Below, piece after piece: positions 39,904-49,107 of a stretch of DNA of 64,000 nucleotides. Source of the DNA: Mycobacterium phage prophiT49-2; the sequence record OQ417962.1, one strand, 5' to 3'. The notes under the pieces are model-generated. The model made no database searches and was not told where the DNA came from. It saw nothing but the letters and a program-made list of their open reading frames with translations. The first letter of the stretch is position 1, and each line of letters starts with the position of its first letter. The translations under genes were made by a program, and so were the position numbers.

Positions 39904-40153
39904 CCCCGTAGTAGCGCTGAAACTGCTCATTGGTGAGCACCGAGTAGCAGCCGGTCGGGTACTTGACAATCCAGTCACCCGCGTAAGCGCGCTGAACTTC
40001 CAGTTTTCCGGGCACGGAGATGGTGAAGAATGCCAGGGCCCCACTGCCCTCCTTGACTTGGTGGGCGAATGGGATGGAATCCTGCACGCTCTTCCATGGC
40101 CGTGCTACCTGGATCGCCTCAACCTCGGTGGGGTTGTGGACGTAGGTCTTCAT
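39881..40153 (-). CDS. hypothetical protein (90 aa)
   Basis: ORF track. Confidence 0.4.
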   Translation of the reverse strand: MKTYVHNPTEVEAIQVARPWKSVQDSIPFAHQVKEGSGALAFFTISVPGKLEVQRAYAGDWIVKYPTGCYSVLTNEQFQRYYGDGDDSGD

Positions 40154-40512
40154 TGGTGAACCTCAACCACCTCAGCACCGCTGACGGGGTCGTAGAAGTG
40201 CTCCTCATCGAACACGACAAGGTCACCACTATCACCAATGCTCAGATGGGTGCCTGGCTTGAATTCCGCGAGCGGACCTTCGGCGGAGTGGACGGTCACA
40301 GCGTGAAGGCTGCCATCCTCATTGAAAGTGATGCCGATGCCGCGCTTCTCACCTACGCGCTCAGCTTCGATCGAGACAATGTGCGTCACTGCGCCCAGGT
40401 TGTGCCCAGTGACGCGAGTGCCAACCGCAACAGGTGGTCCCGGCTTTGCGAGCTTGACCATTCCCTGGGTCTTGGAGAGGACTCCGATGCTGTCCTTGCG
40501 CTTGTTGCTCAT
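40150..40512 (-). CDS. hypothetical protein (120 aa)
   Basis: ORF track. Confidence 0.4.
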   Translation of the reverse strand: MSNKRKDSIGVLSKTQGMVKLAKPGPPVAVGTRVTGHNLGAVTHIVSIEAERVGEKRGIGITFNEDGSLHAVTVHSAEGPLAEFKPGTHLSIGDSGDLVVFDEEHFYDPVSGAEVVEVHQ

Positions 40513-40530
40513 ATGCGTATCCCTTCGTGA

Positions 40531-41334
40531 TTAGAGTTGACCGGTGCGTTTCCAGTAGCCGTAATGCAGGCCAATGAGGAAGTCGTTCAGTTGGTCGTGG
40601 TCGACGTGATCGGGGAGGCTCGAGGCCGCGATGTCGATTTCGAGCGCAGCGGTAAGGCGATCCAGCCACCGCGTCACGTCCTTGAGTGATGCCCCGCCAT
40701 TGCGCACGTACCGAAGCCAACTCACGTTCGAAGCAGCCATGGGAACTGTGATGGTTTGGCGAGTCATCAATTCTGAACCCTGAACAGCCAGGCGCAGAGC
40801 GTGGTAGGCCATCTTCGTGTCGAAACCGAACTGCTCCACCAGCTCGCGGCGATTCTTGTGTTTCGACACACCCTTTTCGCCGATCATGCGCGCACGCTGG
40901 GCTTTCAGATACCCATGGAACCGCCATCCAGCGTCCCTCGAGAGGAACAGACTCCGGGCCCTCAAGAGCTGGGTGCCCTCCAGCGTCTGCTTATAGATCT
41001 TTCCCTTGGGCGCGAACAACGGGAGCAGAACGGTCGGGTTCCCCTGCGCTGCAAGGCGAGCCCACTTGTTCAATGCATACGTCGTGTGATCGGTATCGCC
41101 ATGCTGACTGCGCACTCCGTCAGGAATGCGTGTCCCGTCTGAGTGCCAACGATCGGCGTACTGCTCGAACTTCTCCAGGCCCAGAACGCATTCCGGTGGG
41201 GGAATGCAGATACCCATCTCGTCATGGTCGTCGGTGCCCTCCAGGGTCACACCGTGGAGGCCGGATCCAACCTCAGTGAGGAGGATTAGTCCTTTTGATG
41301 CGATCTCTCTGTGGCGAGGGGAGTGGTGGCTCAC
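40531..41334 (-). CDS. Pol-beta-superfamily nucleotidyltransferase (267 aa)
   Basis: NTase signature GSGLHGVTLEGTDDHDEMGI (GS...DxD) near the N-terminus. Helical C-terminal part. Confidence 0.6.
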   Translation of the reverse strand: MSHHSPRHREIASKGLILLTEVGSGLHGVTLEGTDDHDEMGICIPPPECVLGLEKFEQYADRWHSDGTRIPDGVRSQHGDTDHTTYALNKWARLAAQGNPTVLLPLFAPKGKIYKQTLEGTQLLRARSLFLSRDAGWRFHGYLKAQRARMIGEKGVSKHKNRRELVEQFGFDTKMAYHALRLAVQGSELMTRQTITVPMAASNVSWLRYVRNGGASLKDVTRWLDRLTAALEIDIAASSLPDHVDHDQLNDFLIGLHYGYWKRTGQL

Positions 41335-41756
41335 TTAACTACCTCTATGTAAGGGCCATGGCTGGTTAGCGTGGCCGGGTCGTCCAGCACCGTCCACTTG
41401 CGGGTACCTTCGAGGGCGAAGTATTCCCAGTGACTACCCCGGAATCGGTAGTGGAACGGGAAACCCTTATCCGAGTCGGCCCACACGGTGCCGTCTCGGG
41501 CCGCGTCGCAGTCTAGGGACGGGAGTTCACGTGGCTTGGCAGTGACGGGGTAGGCCTTGTCGTAGAGCTCGCCGAACACCTCGAGTAGTTCCTCAGCCTT
41601 GTGACGCGAGGCATTGAGGAGGAAGTGGTGACCCGCAAGTGACACGTCCCACTCGTCCTGCTGCGCTGAAGTTGCGCGGGCAGAGCACGGAGTCGTACCG
41701 AGCGCAGCGCCATACCTAATGCTGGCGGGCCTGGCTGGTGTGTAAGCAATTCCCAT
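41331..41756 (-). CDS. hypothetical protein, upstream overlapping partner of the nucleotidyltransferase
   Basis: 4-nt overlap (ATGA) with the NTase gene. First gene of the leftward operon. Confidence 0.45.
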   Translation of the reverse strand: MGIAYTPARPASIRYGAALGTTPCSARATSAQQDEWDVSLAGHHFLLNASRHKAEELLEVFGELYDKAYPVTAKPRELPSLDCDAARDGTVWADSDKGFPFHYRFRGSHWEYFALEGTRKWTVLDDPATLTSHGPYIEVVK

Positions 41757-41782
41757 GTCTCAAAGTCTTGCAGCGCATTTCG

Positions 41783-41796
41783 GGTTCATGTGGGTA
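41783..41796 (+). repeat. conserved motif GGTTCATGTGGGTA (copy 2)
   Basis: Read directly. Lies in the ~430-bp divergent intergenic region 41757-42185. Confidence 0.6.
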
Positions 41797-42044
41797 GCAG
41801 GTTCGCGCGCACGCGCTCTAGTACCGTTCCCGACTTACGTAACGACTACCTCCATCACAACGTGAGATACCTTGACTGCAAGGGTTATTCATTTCACCGA
41901 GAACCATGCTCAAGTGGGGACGCTGCGGTCTGGAGGTTGATGCCCTCCGGGCAGCCACGCCAATCCGGCGTGGGCCTCCCTAGCGGGAGGTGCGTGCTCA
42001 CTGCGTTCGCACTCTCCTTTTAGGAGGCTACGACATGGCGCATG

Positions 42045-42058
42045 GGTTCATGTGGGTG
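42045..42058 (+). repeat. conserved motif GGTTCATGTGGGTG (copy 3)
   Basis: Read directly. Same intergenic region. Confidence 0.6.
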
Positions 42059-42242
42059 AAACATCCTGACCTGCGGAAATGGTTCATTATTTCCGTTGTG
42101 GGATTCCATCTAAGCCAGGATCAGTAGAATGGGTTTCGAGACTCAGGGAGGCCGAGCAAAGTAGTATCCCTTCCTGTCGACCTGAGTGCGCAGTCGCGCC
42201 GCCGAGGGGGTCGTGTCCCTCGGCGCTCATACCCACACGAAC

Positions 42243-42515
42243 ATGTCGGTGTATGGGCTCAGCCTGGTATGCGTGAGTGAATCCGCAGCCAAGTTTCTGG
42301 AGAATAGGAACGAGAAGCTTCTCGACCTCTTCCTGCTTGATGAGTCAATTCGTGAGCGGCACAGGGAATCTGACGCTGACGCCGTGCTGACACTCAAGAT
42401 TCAGCGCACCAGGGTGTGCCGTGAGCTACGGAATATGGGTGCTGAACCATGGGATCTCGACAAGGCTCGTGACAATAGTTGGATGGTTCGCCAGCAAACT
42501 GCATCATGTGGGTAG
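42243..42515 (+). CDS. hypothetical protein (first rightward gene of right arm)
   Basis: ORF track with internal start MSVYGLSL. Its TAG stop lies inside the ATCATGTGGGTAGTT motif variant. Confidence 0.35.
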   Translation: MSVYGLSLVCVSESAAKFLENRNEKLLDLFLLDESIRERHRESDADAVLTLKIQRTRVCRELRNMGAEPWDLDKARDNSWMVRQQTASCG

Positions 42516-42937
42516 TTGATAAAATTACAGCTATGTCTACTGGTGATTGGCTACGCCGCCTAGCCCGCAAGAATAACGTTGTGGTTCTGGATGATCCCGA
42601 GGCTGTAGCGGCAACACTCCAGATTGCGGCGCGTCTTCTGGCAAATGGTTGGACGCAGGGTGTGCGACATGAGCGTATCGGAGACACTGTACGCTACGAC
42701 ATCCTTGGAGCCCTGGACGCTGCGGTGGGTAAGTCCGCTGCTCGGGACGATATGCGCGCTTGGTGGGGTGCCCACCGGTTGATCTCGCGCGCCATCCCAG
42801 CTGGATTCGGCGGGGACGTGTCGGCTTACAACGACGACCCGAGCCGCACTCAGGGACAGGTTGTCGAACTTGTCCGAGGGGTTGCCCGGAACCACGGCAC
42901 AGTCCTGCAGGCTCAGAAGAAGGTGACACCAGCGTGA
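42505..42937 (+). CDS. hypothetical protein (start at ATG inside the motif variant, or at 42533)
   Basis: ORF track frame MWVVDKITAMSTGDW. Confidence 0.4.
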
Positions 42938-43161
42938 GTGATTCTGGTAATTCTCAGGCGATTTCGGGTCTAGGAGGAACGGTTCTCTTCGGCATTCTCG
43001 CCATGATGAAAATCTGCCCTTGGGAGAACCCGGTTCAGGATTGGTCGTGGTGGTGGGTCACTGCCCCCCTCTGGGGCCCGATTGCGCTCGCCGTGGCGAT
43101 CGGGCTTGTCGCTGGAATGGTCTGGCTGGTTGCCAAGTCTTTTGAAGCTGTCTCTAAGTGA
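42934..43161 (+). CDS. small membrane protein
   Basis: GTGA overlap start. Two hydrophobic segments (TVLFGILAMMKI; WVTAPLWGPIALAVAIGLVAGMVWLVA). Confidence 0.45.
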   Translation: MSDSGNSQAISGLGGTVLFGILAMMKICPWENPVQDWSWWWVTAPLWGPIALAVAIGLVAGMVWLVAKSFEAVSK

Positions 43162-43228
43162 TTCAAATCCCATGGTGGCCATGGGGAGTCGTTCTGTTCG
43201 TTTTTCTCTACATAGGAGCTACTGACTG

Positions 43229-43852
43229 GTGAGCGAATTCAAGCACTCAACCCTCGCAGAGGCCCTCGTTGCTGCACAGTCCGAGTTCGGGGTGATCGCC
43301 AAAGACACGGCGAACCCGTTCTTCAAGTCCAAGTACGCCGACCTTCCGGCAGTGATGCGTGAGGCTCAGCCGGTGCTGGCTAAGCATGGTCTTGCTGTCT
43401 CCCAGCAGCCCTCCTATGTCAACGCCGATGGCAAGGTTTACGACACGCTCAAGACTGTTGTCATCCACGAGAGCGGCGAGCAGATCTCTTCCACGATGGT
43501 CCTTCACCCAGTGAAGAACGACCCACAGGCCCACGGCTCCGCGATCACCTACGCACGCCGCTACGCCTACATGGCAGCACTCGGCTTGGTGGCCGATGTT
43601 GATGATGATGGCAACGCCGCTTCCGCCAAGGCCGCACCACGCAAGGCTGCCCCGAAGAAGACCACCAACCCTGAGGCCGCAGAGGCGCTGGAGCGCGTGA
43701 AGGCTGCAGCCAAGGCCGCTGGCGTGGCATCGAAGGACGTGCAGGTCTGGTTCGCGGAGCAGTACCCAGATGGCGGTGCCGTGGTGAGCTCCACTGACGT
43801 GGACGCCTTGACTGCGACTGCCACCCACTTCGAGCTGCTTGCGAGTGCCTAA
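43229..43852 (+). CDS. Erf-family single-strand annealing protein (recombinase)
   Basis: N-terminal pattern LVAAQSEFGVIAKDTANPFFKSKYADL typical of the ERF superfamily. Confidence 0.6.
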   Translation: MSEFKHSTLAEALVAAQSEFGVIAKDTANPFFKSKYADLPAVMREAQPVLAKHGLAVSQQPSYVNADGKVYDTLKTVVIHESGEQISSTMVLHPVKNDPQAHGSAITYARRYAYMAALGLVADVDDDGNAASAKAAPRKAAPKKTTNPEAAEALERVKAAAKAAGVASKDVQVWFAEQYPDGGAVVSSTDVDALTATATHFELLASA

Positions 43853-43893
43853 TTACTGACTGGGCAATCCCCCGGGACCGGTATCAGCGACCC

Positions 43894-44751
43894 ATGCTGT
43901 ACACCCCCGATGGGGGACGAAGGGTCGCATACTCCCGTTGTTCAACTCTCGCTAAGGATTTGGACAAGCCGGGGGACGGGCTGTTTGCCTGGCATCAGGC
44001 CAACGCCATGTTCGGCCTTGCGCAGAACCCTCAGCTGCTCAACCGCGTGAAGGCGATCATCGCCAAGGGTGGCAGCTGGGACTCGAGCAAGGGCGAGATC
44101 AAGGAAGTCATCAACCGGGCCGAGACCATCGGCGGTGCGATGAACAAGTCATCGCGTGGAACATCGATTCACGACTTCACCGGAGTCCTGGAAGAGGGCA
44201 ACCTCGACTGGTCACTGGTCGATGAGGATATGAAGCCCATTCTGGACGGGTATCACGAGTGCATCGCATCCATTCCTGGGATGACGTTCTTGGCGCGGGA
44301 GGTCTTCCTCCAAGCGAACGATCGCATGGAGCTGCCCGATGGCCGAGTGTCTACGCTACGCGCTGCTGGTTCTGCTGACCGCATTGTCGAATGGAATGGC
44401 GTCCGCTACATGGTGGACATCAAGACGGGCAAGGATGACCAGTACCGCATGGGTGTCTGCGCTCAGCTGGCGCTTTACGTGATGGGTCAGTTGTATCAGG
44501 ATTCAGTTGTCCAGCAAGACATTCCATGGGCCGACTTCTGGCCGAACGGTGACAGTACTGCTGAATTCGCTGACCATGACTGCGATACCGAGACAGCATT
44601 GATGTTCCACTGTCCCCAGACTCCCGATAAGCGCGGGAAATGGAGGTGGGGGATTTACGAGGTTCCCCTCGCCCGTGGCCGCGACATTGTTCGCGGTGGT
44701 CAGTGGGCCCGCAAGCTGCGTGTCGTCCCTGAGCTGAAGCGAGTTGCATGA
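43894..44751 (+). CDS. PD-(D/E)XK exonuclease (Cas4/RecB-like)
   Basis: D..D.K segment RYMVDIKTGK and QLALYV motif. Recombination-module position next to Erf. Confidence 0.55.
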   Translation: MLYTPDGGRRVAYSRCSTLAKDLDKPGDGLFAWHQANAMFGLAQNPQLLNRVKAIIAKGGSWDSSKGEIKEVINRAETIGGAMNKSSRGTSIHDFTGVLEEGNLDWSLVDEDMKPILDGYHECIASIPGMTFLAREVFLQANDRMELPDGRVSTLRAAGSADRIVEWNGVRYMVDIKTGKDDQYRMGVCAQLALYVMGQLYQDSVVQQDIPWADFWPNGDSTAEFADHDCDTETALMFHCPQTPDKRGKWRWGIYEVPLARGRDIVRGGQWARKLRVVPELKRVA

Positions 44752-45266
44752 TGGAACCGGCAGAGCTGGGGCTACATGGCGAGATTGACGAGAAGGGCGC
44801 ACGCAAGACCCTCAACCTCCTGCGTGATATTGGCATTGACCACCCGGGGCGTCCGATTGAGCTGATCATCAATTCGCCAGGCGGATCCATGGAGCATGGT
44901 GACGCCATCTATGACGAGCTCGTGCGAATGTCTGAGGCCGGTGGTGGGGGACACCACATCACCACTCGCGTGCGCGGACGAGCCGCTTCTGCAGCCTCAT
45001 TGATCCTCCAGGCTGGCGACGTACGTCTAGGCGGGCAGATGGGCTACATCTACATCCACGAGCCGCTACTGACCTTTCACGACCAGACGATGGCTCAGGT
45101 ACGCAATGAGCTCGAGTTCAGCGAGAAGTGGGTCGAGCGCTACATCAAAGCTCACACTCGTTGCAAGCTGTCTTACAACGAGTTCCGTGAGCACATGCGG
45201 GACAAGGAATGGTATTTGGCGATGGATGAAGCCGTTGCCCTTGGCATTGTGGACGGCATCGGATGA
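44748..45266 (+). CDS. ClpP-like serine protease
   Basis: LIINSPGGSMEHGDAIYDEL matches the ClpP-family GG..x..AIYD motif. Confidence 0.5.
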   Translation: MMEPAELGLHGEIDEKGARKTLNLLRDIGIDHPGRPIELIINSPGGSMEHGDAIYDELVRMSEAGGGGHHITTRVRGRAASAASLILQAGDVRLGGQMGYIYIHEPLLTFHDQTMAQVRNELEFSEKWVERYIKAHTRCKLSYNEFREHMRDKEWYLAMDEAVALGIVDGIG

Positions 45267-45472
45267 GTAGCGTGCAGGAGCAGCTCGAAGCGCAGAACAA
45301 GCCGCTGCCGAAGTGCTACGTCGAATGGAGCTTTTCGTACCCATGCGGAGAGGTTGCCTGCCGTGAAGAAGTGGGTGAACTGACGGAAGCCCAGGCACGT
45401 AAGTACGTGGATGAAGCCAGTGGGCGGAAACTATTGCAGCGCACTGTCACTGACTGGTACGAGGTCGAATGA
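45263..45472 (+). CDS. hypothetical protein
   Basis: ORF track. ATGA overlap. Confidence 0.4.
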   Translation: MSSVQEQLEAQNKPLPKCYVEWSFSYPCGEVACREEVGELTEAQARKYVDEASGRKLLQRTVTDWYEVE

Positions 45473-45846
45473 GCGACGAGTTGGTGGACTATACGTATAC
45501 GGATCTCACGCCCGACCTTATCGACCGTGAGCTGGATAGGGTCAACTTCCTTATCACGAAGTGGAACAAGATTCTTGCCTGGCATAGGGCGCAGAAGGAT
45601 TGGCGCGCGACTCGATTCGCCGTAGCCGAAGCCCGCAAGATGATGGCATTCACTGGTGCTGTCGGCAAAGCGAAGGCTCACGCAGCCGAGGAGACCGAGC
45701 AGGAGCGCATTGACCTCGATATCGCCAATGCCCAGCTTGGTCTCTGTGAACGCCGATTGTCAGCCCTTGAGAAAGAGCTGATCGCGATCGGCATGCGCTC
45801 CAAACTGCTGGCACAAGTATTCGGAACTGGTGGAGGAAACTTCTGA
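45469..45846 (+). CDS. hypothetical protein
   Basis: ORF track. Confidence 0.4.
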   Translation: MSDELVDYTYTDLTPDLIDRELDRVNFLITKWNKILAWHRAQKDWRATRFAVAEARKMMAFTGAVGKAKAHAAEETEQERIDLDIANAQLGLCERRLSALEKELIAIGMRSKLLAQVFGTGGGNF

Positions 45847-46205
45847 TGCCCCGTAAGCCAATCCCTGACCCCATCAAGCTTCCTGCCCAGCCCAAGCGGG
45901 TCGATTCAATGAACCTCTCGCTGCCATTCACCATCGCGGAGGCACCGCGTACGTTCATCAACTTCCTAGCCTTGCATACGAATATCCCCAAGCCGTACCG
46001 CGACAAGATCGCGGACTGGCTGCTCGGATACAACGAGCTAGTCGCAGAGTATCTTCACGCCAACTACGGTCCTGTTGGCTTGGTGGCTGGAGACGCTATC
46101 GCCCGTGAGGTTGGCGAACACTTCCTGGCGGCAATCACCGAGCAGTACAAAGAGGCTGAAGGCGAGCTCTTCAACCGGCTTGAAGACGAGATGCGCGATG
46201 AGTAG
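45846..46205 (+). CDS. hypothetical protein
   Basis: ORF track. Confidence 0.4.
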   Translation: MPRKPIPDPIKLPAQPKRVDSMNLSLPFTIAEAPRTFINFLALHTNIPKPYRDKIADWLLGYNELVAEYLHANYGPVGLVAGDAIAREVGEHFLAAITEQYKEAEGELFNRLEDEMRDE

Positions 46206-46509
46206 CGCCCAGATCCCCATCTCCTACGGAGAGGTTCTGTACGTTGCACTTTCGCACGTCCTCGACTATCTCGAGGAGCACGGTGAATACCCGCATGGTA
46301 TGGCCGCGAACATCCGTGTAGTGCTCGCCTCCTATGACCATGACCGCACGAAGCTTCTTCAGTCGCGCGGCATCTCGGAGGTTGCAGTGAAGCGCTACAC
46401 AGCGCAGTCAGCGGAAGGCCTCGCAAAGTGGCTCGACAGCAAGGCGTTGCGGGATGAGAACTCGACAGAGCACTTCCAGGAGTGGGCGAGGGAGTTGGGC
46501 CTTGAGTGA
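46198..46509 (+). CDS. hypothetical protein
   Basis: Internal start MSSAQIPISYGE overlaps the upstream stop. Confidence 0.4.
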   Translation: MSSAQIPISYGEVLYVALSHVLDYLEEHGEYPHGMAANIRVVLASYDHDRTKLLQSRGISEVAVKRYTAQSAEGLAKWLDSKALRDENSTEHFQEWARELGLE

Positions 46510-46957
46510 GATCGTACTTCGGCTTGTCGGAAAGTATCCCGATGAGGGATGGCAGGACCCGGAGACCGGAGAGGAGTTCTTCAACTCCACGCTAATCGCT
46601 GAAGGTCACGGCGAGGTTGGACGATTCCGCATCGATCGCGACGCTACTGACCGCCCGGTGATTACTGCGGCTGATGAGTTTGCGTTGATCGCCAAAGATC
46701 TGGATCCCACTCGCCGCCAAAAGGATCGGCTTACCGAACTTCAGTCGCCATTCGGATTCACTATCCTGCGTTGTGATGCCACCAACGGCTATGTCGAGTA
46801 TCGAGTTCTCGATGACGACGTTGTCTGGTGGGACAAGCCGAACGAGGAAACCAACCTCCGCTTCTGCGTGAGGAACTTCCACGACTGGGAGGCTGTCATG
46901 GATCCGCCCAGTCAGTCCCAAAGCTACACCGAAACAAAGTACCTGGGGGAGATGTGA
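46454..46957 (+). CDS. hypothetical protein (start uncertain, possibly TTG 46502)
   Basis: ORF track. Confidence 0.35.
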   Translation: MRTRQSTSRSGRGSWALSEIVLRLVGKYPDEGWQDPETGEEFFNSTLIAEGHGEVGRFRIDRDATDRPVITAADEFALIAKDLDPTRRQKDRLTELQSPFGFTILRCDATNGYVEYRVLDDDVVWWDKPNEETNLRFCVRNFHDWEAVMDPPSQSQSYTETKYLGEM

Positions 46958-47157
46958 ACTCGGTTCGCGTTCGACTAGAGAGCCGCATCGCGCAGGCCAT
47001 CCGCAACCACCCTCGTACGGATTATCAGGTCGCCCTCACCCTCACTTACGGCGCTGCGTTACTGACAATCCCTGGTGGTGATGCGCATTCCGTTCGAATT
47101 ACTCAAGAGCCAGACGGGCTTTGGCTCACTCTGGAATTCAAGGAGAATGTGCTGTGA
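46954..47157 (+). CDS. hypothetical protein (GTG start)
   Basis: GTG overlaps the upstream stop. Confidence 0.35.
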   Translation: MNSVRVRLESRIAQAIRNHPRTDYQVALTLTYGAALLTIPGGDAHSVRITQEPDGLWLTLEFKENVL

Positions 47158-47459
47158 AGCTACTTAGTTCTTTGCGTCAGCTGTTTCAGAATCTTTCCGG
47201 CGAACTGAAAGAGCCGGACCTTACCCCGGGCGCTTGGCTGTGCTACTACATGGGCGACTACCTCTTCGCACATCCCGAAGAGAAGACGGTGAGGTCAGCC
47301 GTCATTGAGCTGTCCAACGGTGAATACATCTGGGCTACAGAGACTCCTGAATGGGATCGCGACTGGTTCGAGGATCTCGGTTTCAACTTCCCATCCCGCT
47401 GGACGCTGTATAGCTCTCTAGCTGGGACTGACGTACAGATGAGAGGACTCGGATCCTGA
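47121..47459 (+). CDS. hypothetical protein
   Basis: ORF track. Confidence 0.35.
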   Translation: MAHSGIQGECAVKLLSSLRQLFQNLSGELKEPDLTPGAWLCYYMGDYLFAHPEEKTVRSAVIELSNGEYIWATETPEWDRDWFEDLGFNFPSRWTLYSSLAGTDVQMRGLGS

Positions 47460-47638
47460 TGCGCCCATCGCATTTTCACGCCCCCGCGTTGCCGAACAAG
47501 CTCCCTGACCAGCGGCCCGCGTATGACCGCGACGGGAAGTTGATTCACGATGGCAAGACGTGGCCATTCACGAAGGTTTTGAAGAGCTTGCAGACCCACC
47601 AGCGCGAGGAACTGAAGAGAAGGACACGCAATGGCTGA
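47459..47638 (+). CDS. small hypothetical protein (59 aa)
   Basis: Hand translation MRPSHFHAPALPNKLPDQRPAYDRDGKLIHDGKTWPFTKVLKSLQTHQREELKRRTRNG. Below the ORF-track cutoff. Confidence 0.3.
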   Translation: MRPSHFHAPALPNKLPDQRPAYDRDGKLIHDGKTWPFTKVLKSLQTHQREELKRRTRNG

Positions 47639-47785
47639 CTTCGACGCATTGGACGCTGAGCTTCGCGAGTTTGTAAGGCCTGCCCCCAACTTCATTCAGC
47701 AGCTTGAGGCGATGCTCGGTGAGATCGTCATTCCGTGGCAGCGGGAGTTGCTTCGCCAGCTTGCTCGGATCCTCCTCCCCATTTG

Positions 47786-48139
47786 ATGACCGAGAAGCAG
47801 TGCCGCGTAGAGGTCCCACGCCGCTCAGGTGGCCTATGCGAGCGTTGCGGCATCGGTGGTGGACTGTCTATGCACCACCGCAAGAAGAGGTCTCAGGGAG
47901 GCTTGTGGAGCCTTGACAACATCGTCCATGTGTGCGGACACGGAACGGTCGGTTGCCATGGGTGGATTGAACACAACCCCAATGCAGCGCACTCTGAGGG
48001 CTATCACGTAAGGCCTTGGGAAGAGCCAGCTTCCATCCCGATATACCAGCACCACCTGGGGAAGTTCACCCACATGAACCTACTAGGGGCCGAATATCAT
48101 AGAGACATCGATCTACGAGACCCGTGGTCCAGCAACTGA
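47786..48139 (+). CDS. HNH endonuclease
   Basis: CERCG..SMHH..R..GG..DN.V.VC..C HNH pattern. A reverse-orientation motif copy lies at 48067-48080 near its 3' end. Confidence 0.55.
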   Translation: MTEKQCRVEVPRRSGGLCERCGIGGGLSMHHRKKRSQGGLWSLDNIVHVCGHGTVGCHGWIEHNPNAAHSEGYHVRPWEEPASIPIYQHHLGKFTHMNLLGAEYHRDIDLRDPWSSN

Positions 48140-48160
48140 TCCCGAACGAATTGAGAGCAT

Positions 48161-48592
48161 ATGAGCATCACCCTTCCTGAAGTCACTGTTGTTGGCACCC
48201 TCACTCGTGATCCCGAGGTCCGTTTTACTGGCGGCGGTAAGGCCGTAGTCAATGTGTCGGTGGCGACGAACACCCGGAAGAAGGACCCGGGTGGAAACTG
48301 GGTCGACGGCGACACCACGTTTCTGAACGGAACCATCTGGGATGTGTTCGCAGAGAACGTAGCCGAGAGCCTTTCGCGCGGAGACCGCGTTATCGGCCAC
48401 GGCCAGATCAAGCAGCGCTCATTTGAGACCCGCGAGGGTGAGAAGCGCTCTGTGCTGGAAGTTGAGTTCGACTCCTTCGGCCCCGATCTTCGCTTTGCCA
48501 CTGCAGCTCCGCAGAAGGGCGGCGCACAGCGCCAGAAGCCGACAGAAGATGCTTGGGGCGGCGACTCTAATAACGATGAACCGGATTGGTGA
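48161..48592 (+). CDS. ssb: single-stranded DNA-binding protein
   Basis: OB-fold pattern (VTVVGTLTRDPEVRFT..G..V) and an acidic C-terminal tail ending DEPDW. Confidence 0.65.
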   Translation: MSITLPEVTVVGTLTRDPEVRFTGGGKAVVNVSVATNTRKKDPGGNWVDGDTTFLNGTIWDVFAENVAESLSRGDRVIGHGQIKQRSFETREGEKRSVLEVEFDSFGPDLRFATAAPQKGGAQRQKPTEDAWGGDSNNDEPDW

Positions 48593-49107
48593 GCGAGAAG
48601 CTAACCCCCGGCGAGGCGCGTAAGAAACACGCTCGGTCTTTCAGGCAGTTCTGGGATGCCTATCCCAAACACACTGCCATCAGTGAGGCCGAGCGTGTTT
48701 TCGCTGACCTGGTCGAAAACAAGGGGCAAGATCCGGCCAAGCTCATTGAGTCCGCGCGCAACTTTGCGATGTCATGCGACCCGGACGACTTGACCTATGT
48801 TCCCGCAGCGCATTCGTGGCTAAAGCAGGGCCGGTACGACGACGTTGATCTTTTCGCAGACGAGCGTGCAGCCCAACGGAATTGGATGAAGCAGCAGTGG
48901 AAGACCACGAACGTAAAAGCTGTGGAGAACCGATTCGGCATCAAGATGCCCAAGCAGTATCCACCCGACGATATGACCGACCCAGAAGCTATCCGCTTCT
49001 GGCACAGGGAGATTTCGCGGGCATGGATCACCCAGATTTATAGAGAGAGGGTCGAGTGTCAGGAGACCGAGAGCCAGCCCACGACCTCCGAGCCGAGCAA
49101 GGTGTAA
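48586..49107 (+). CDS. hypothetical protein
   Basis: ORF track. Confidence 0.4.
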   Translation: MVSEKLTPGEARKKHARSFRQFWDAYPKHTAISEAERVFADLVENKGQDPAKLIESARNFAMSCDPDDLTYVPAAHSWLKQGRYDDVDLFADERAAQRNWMKQQWKTTNVKAVENRFGIKMPKQYPPDDMTDPEAIRFWHREISRAWITQIYRERVECQETESQPTTSEPSKV

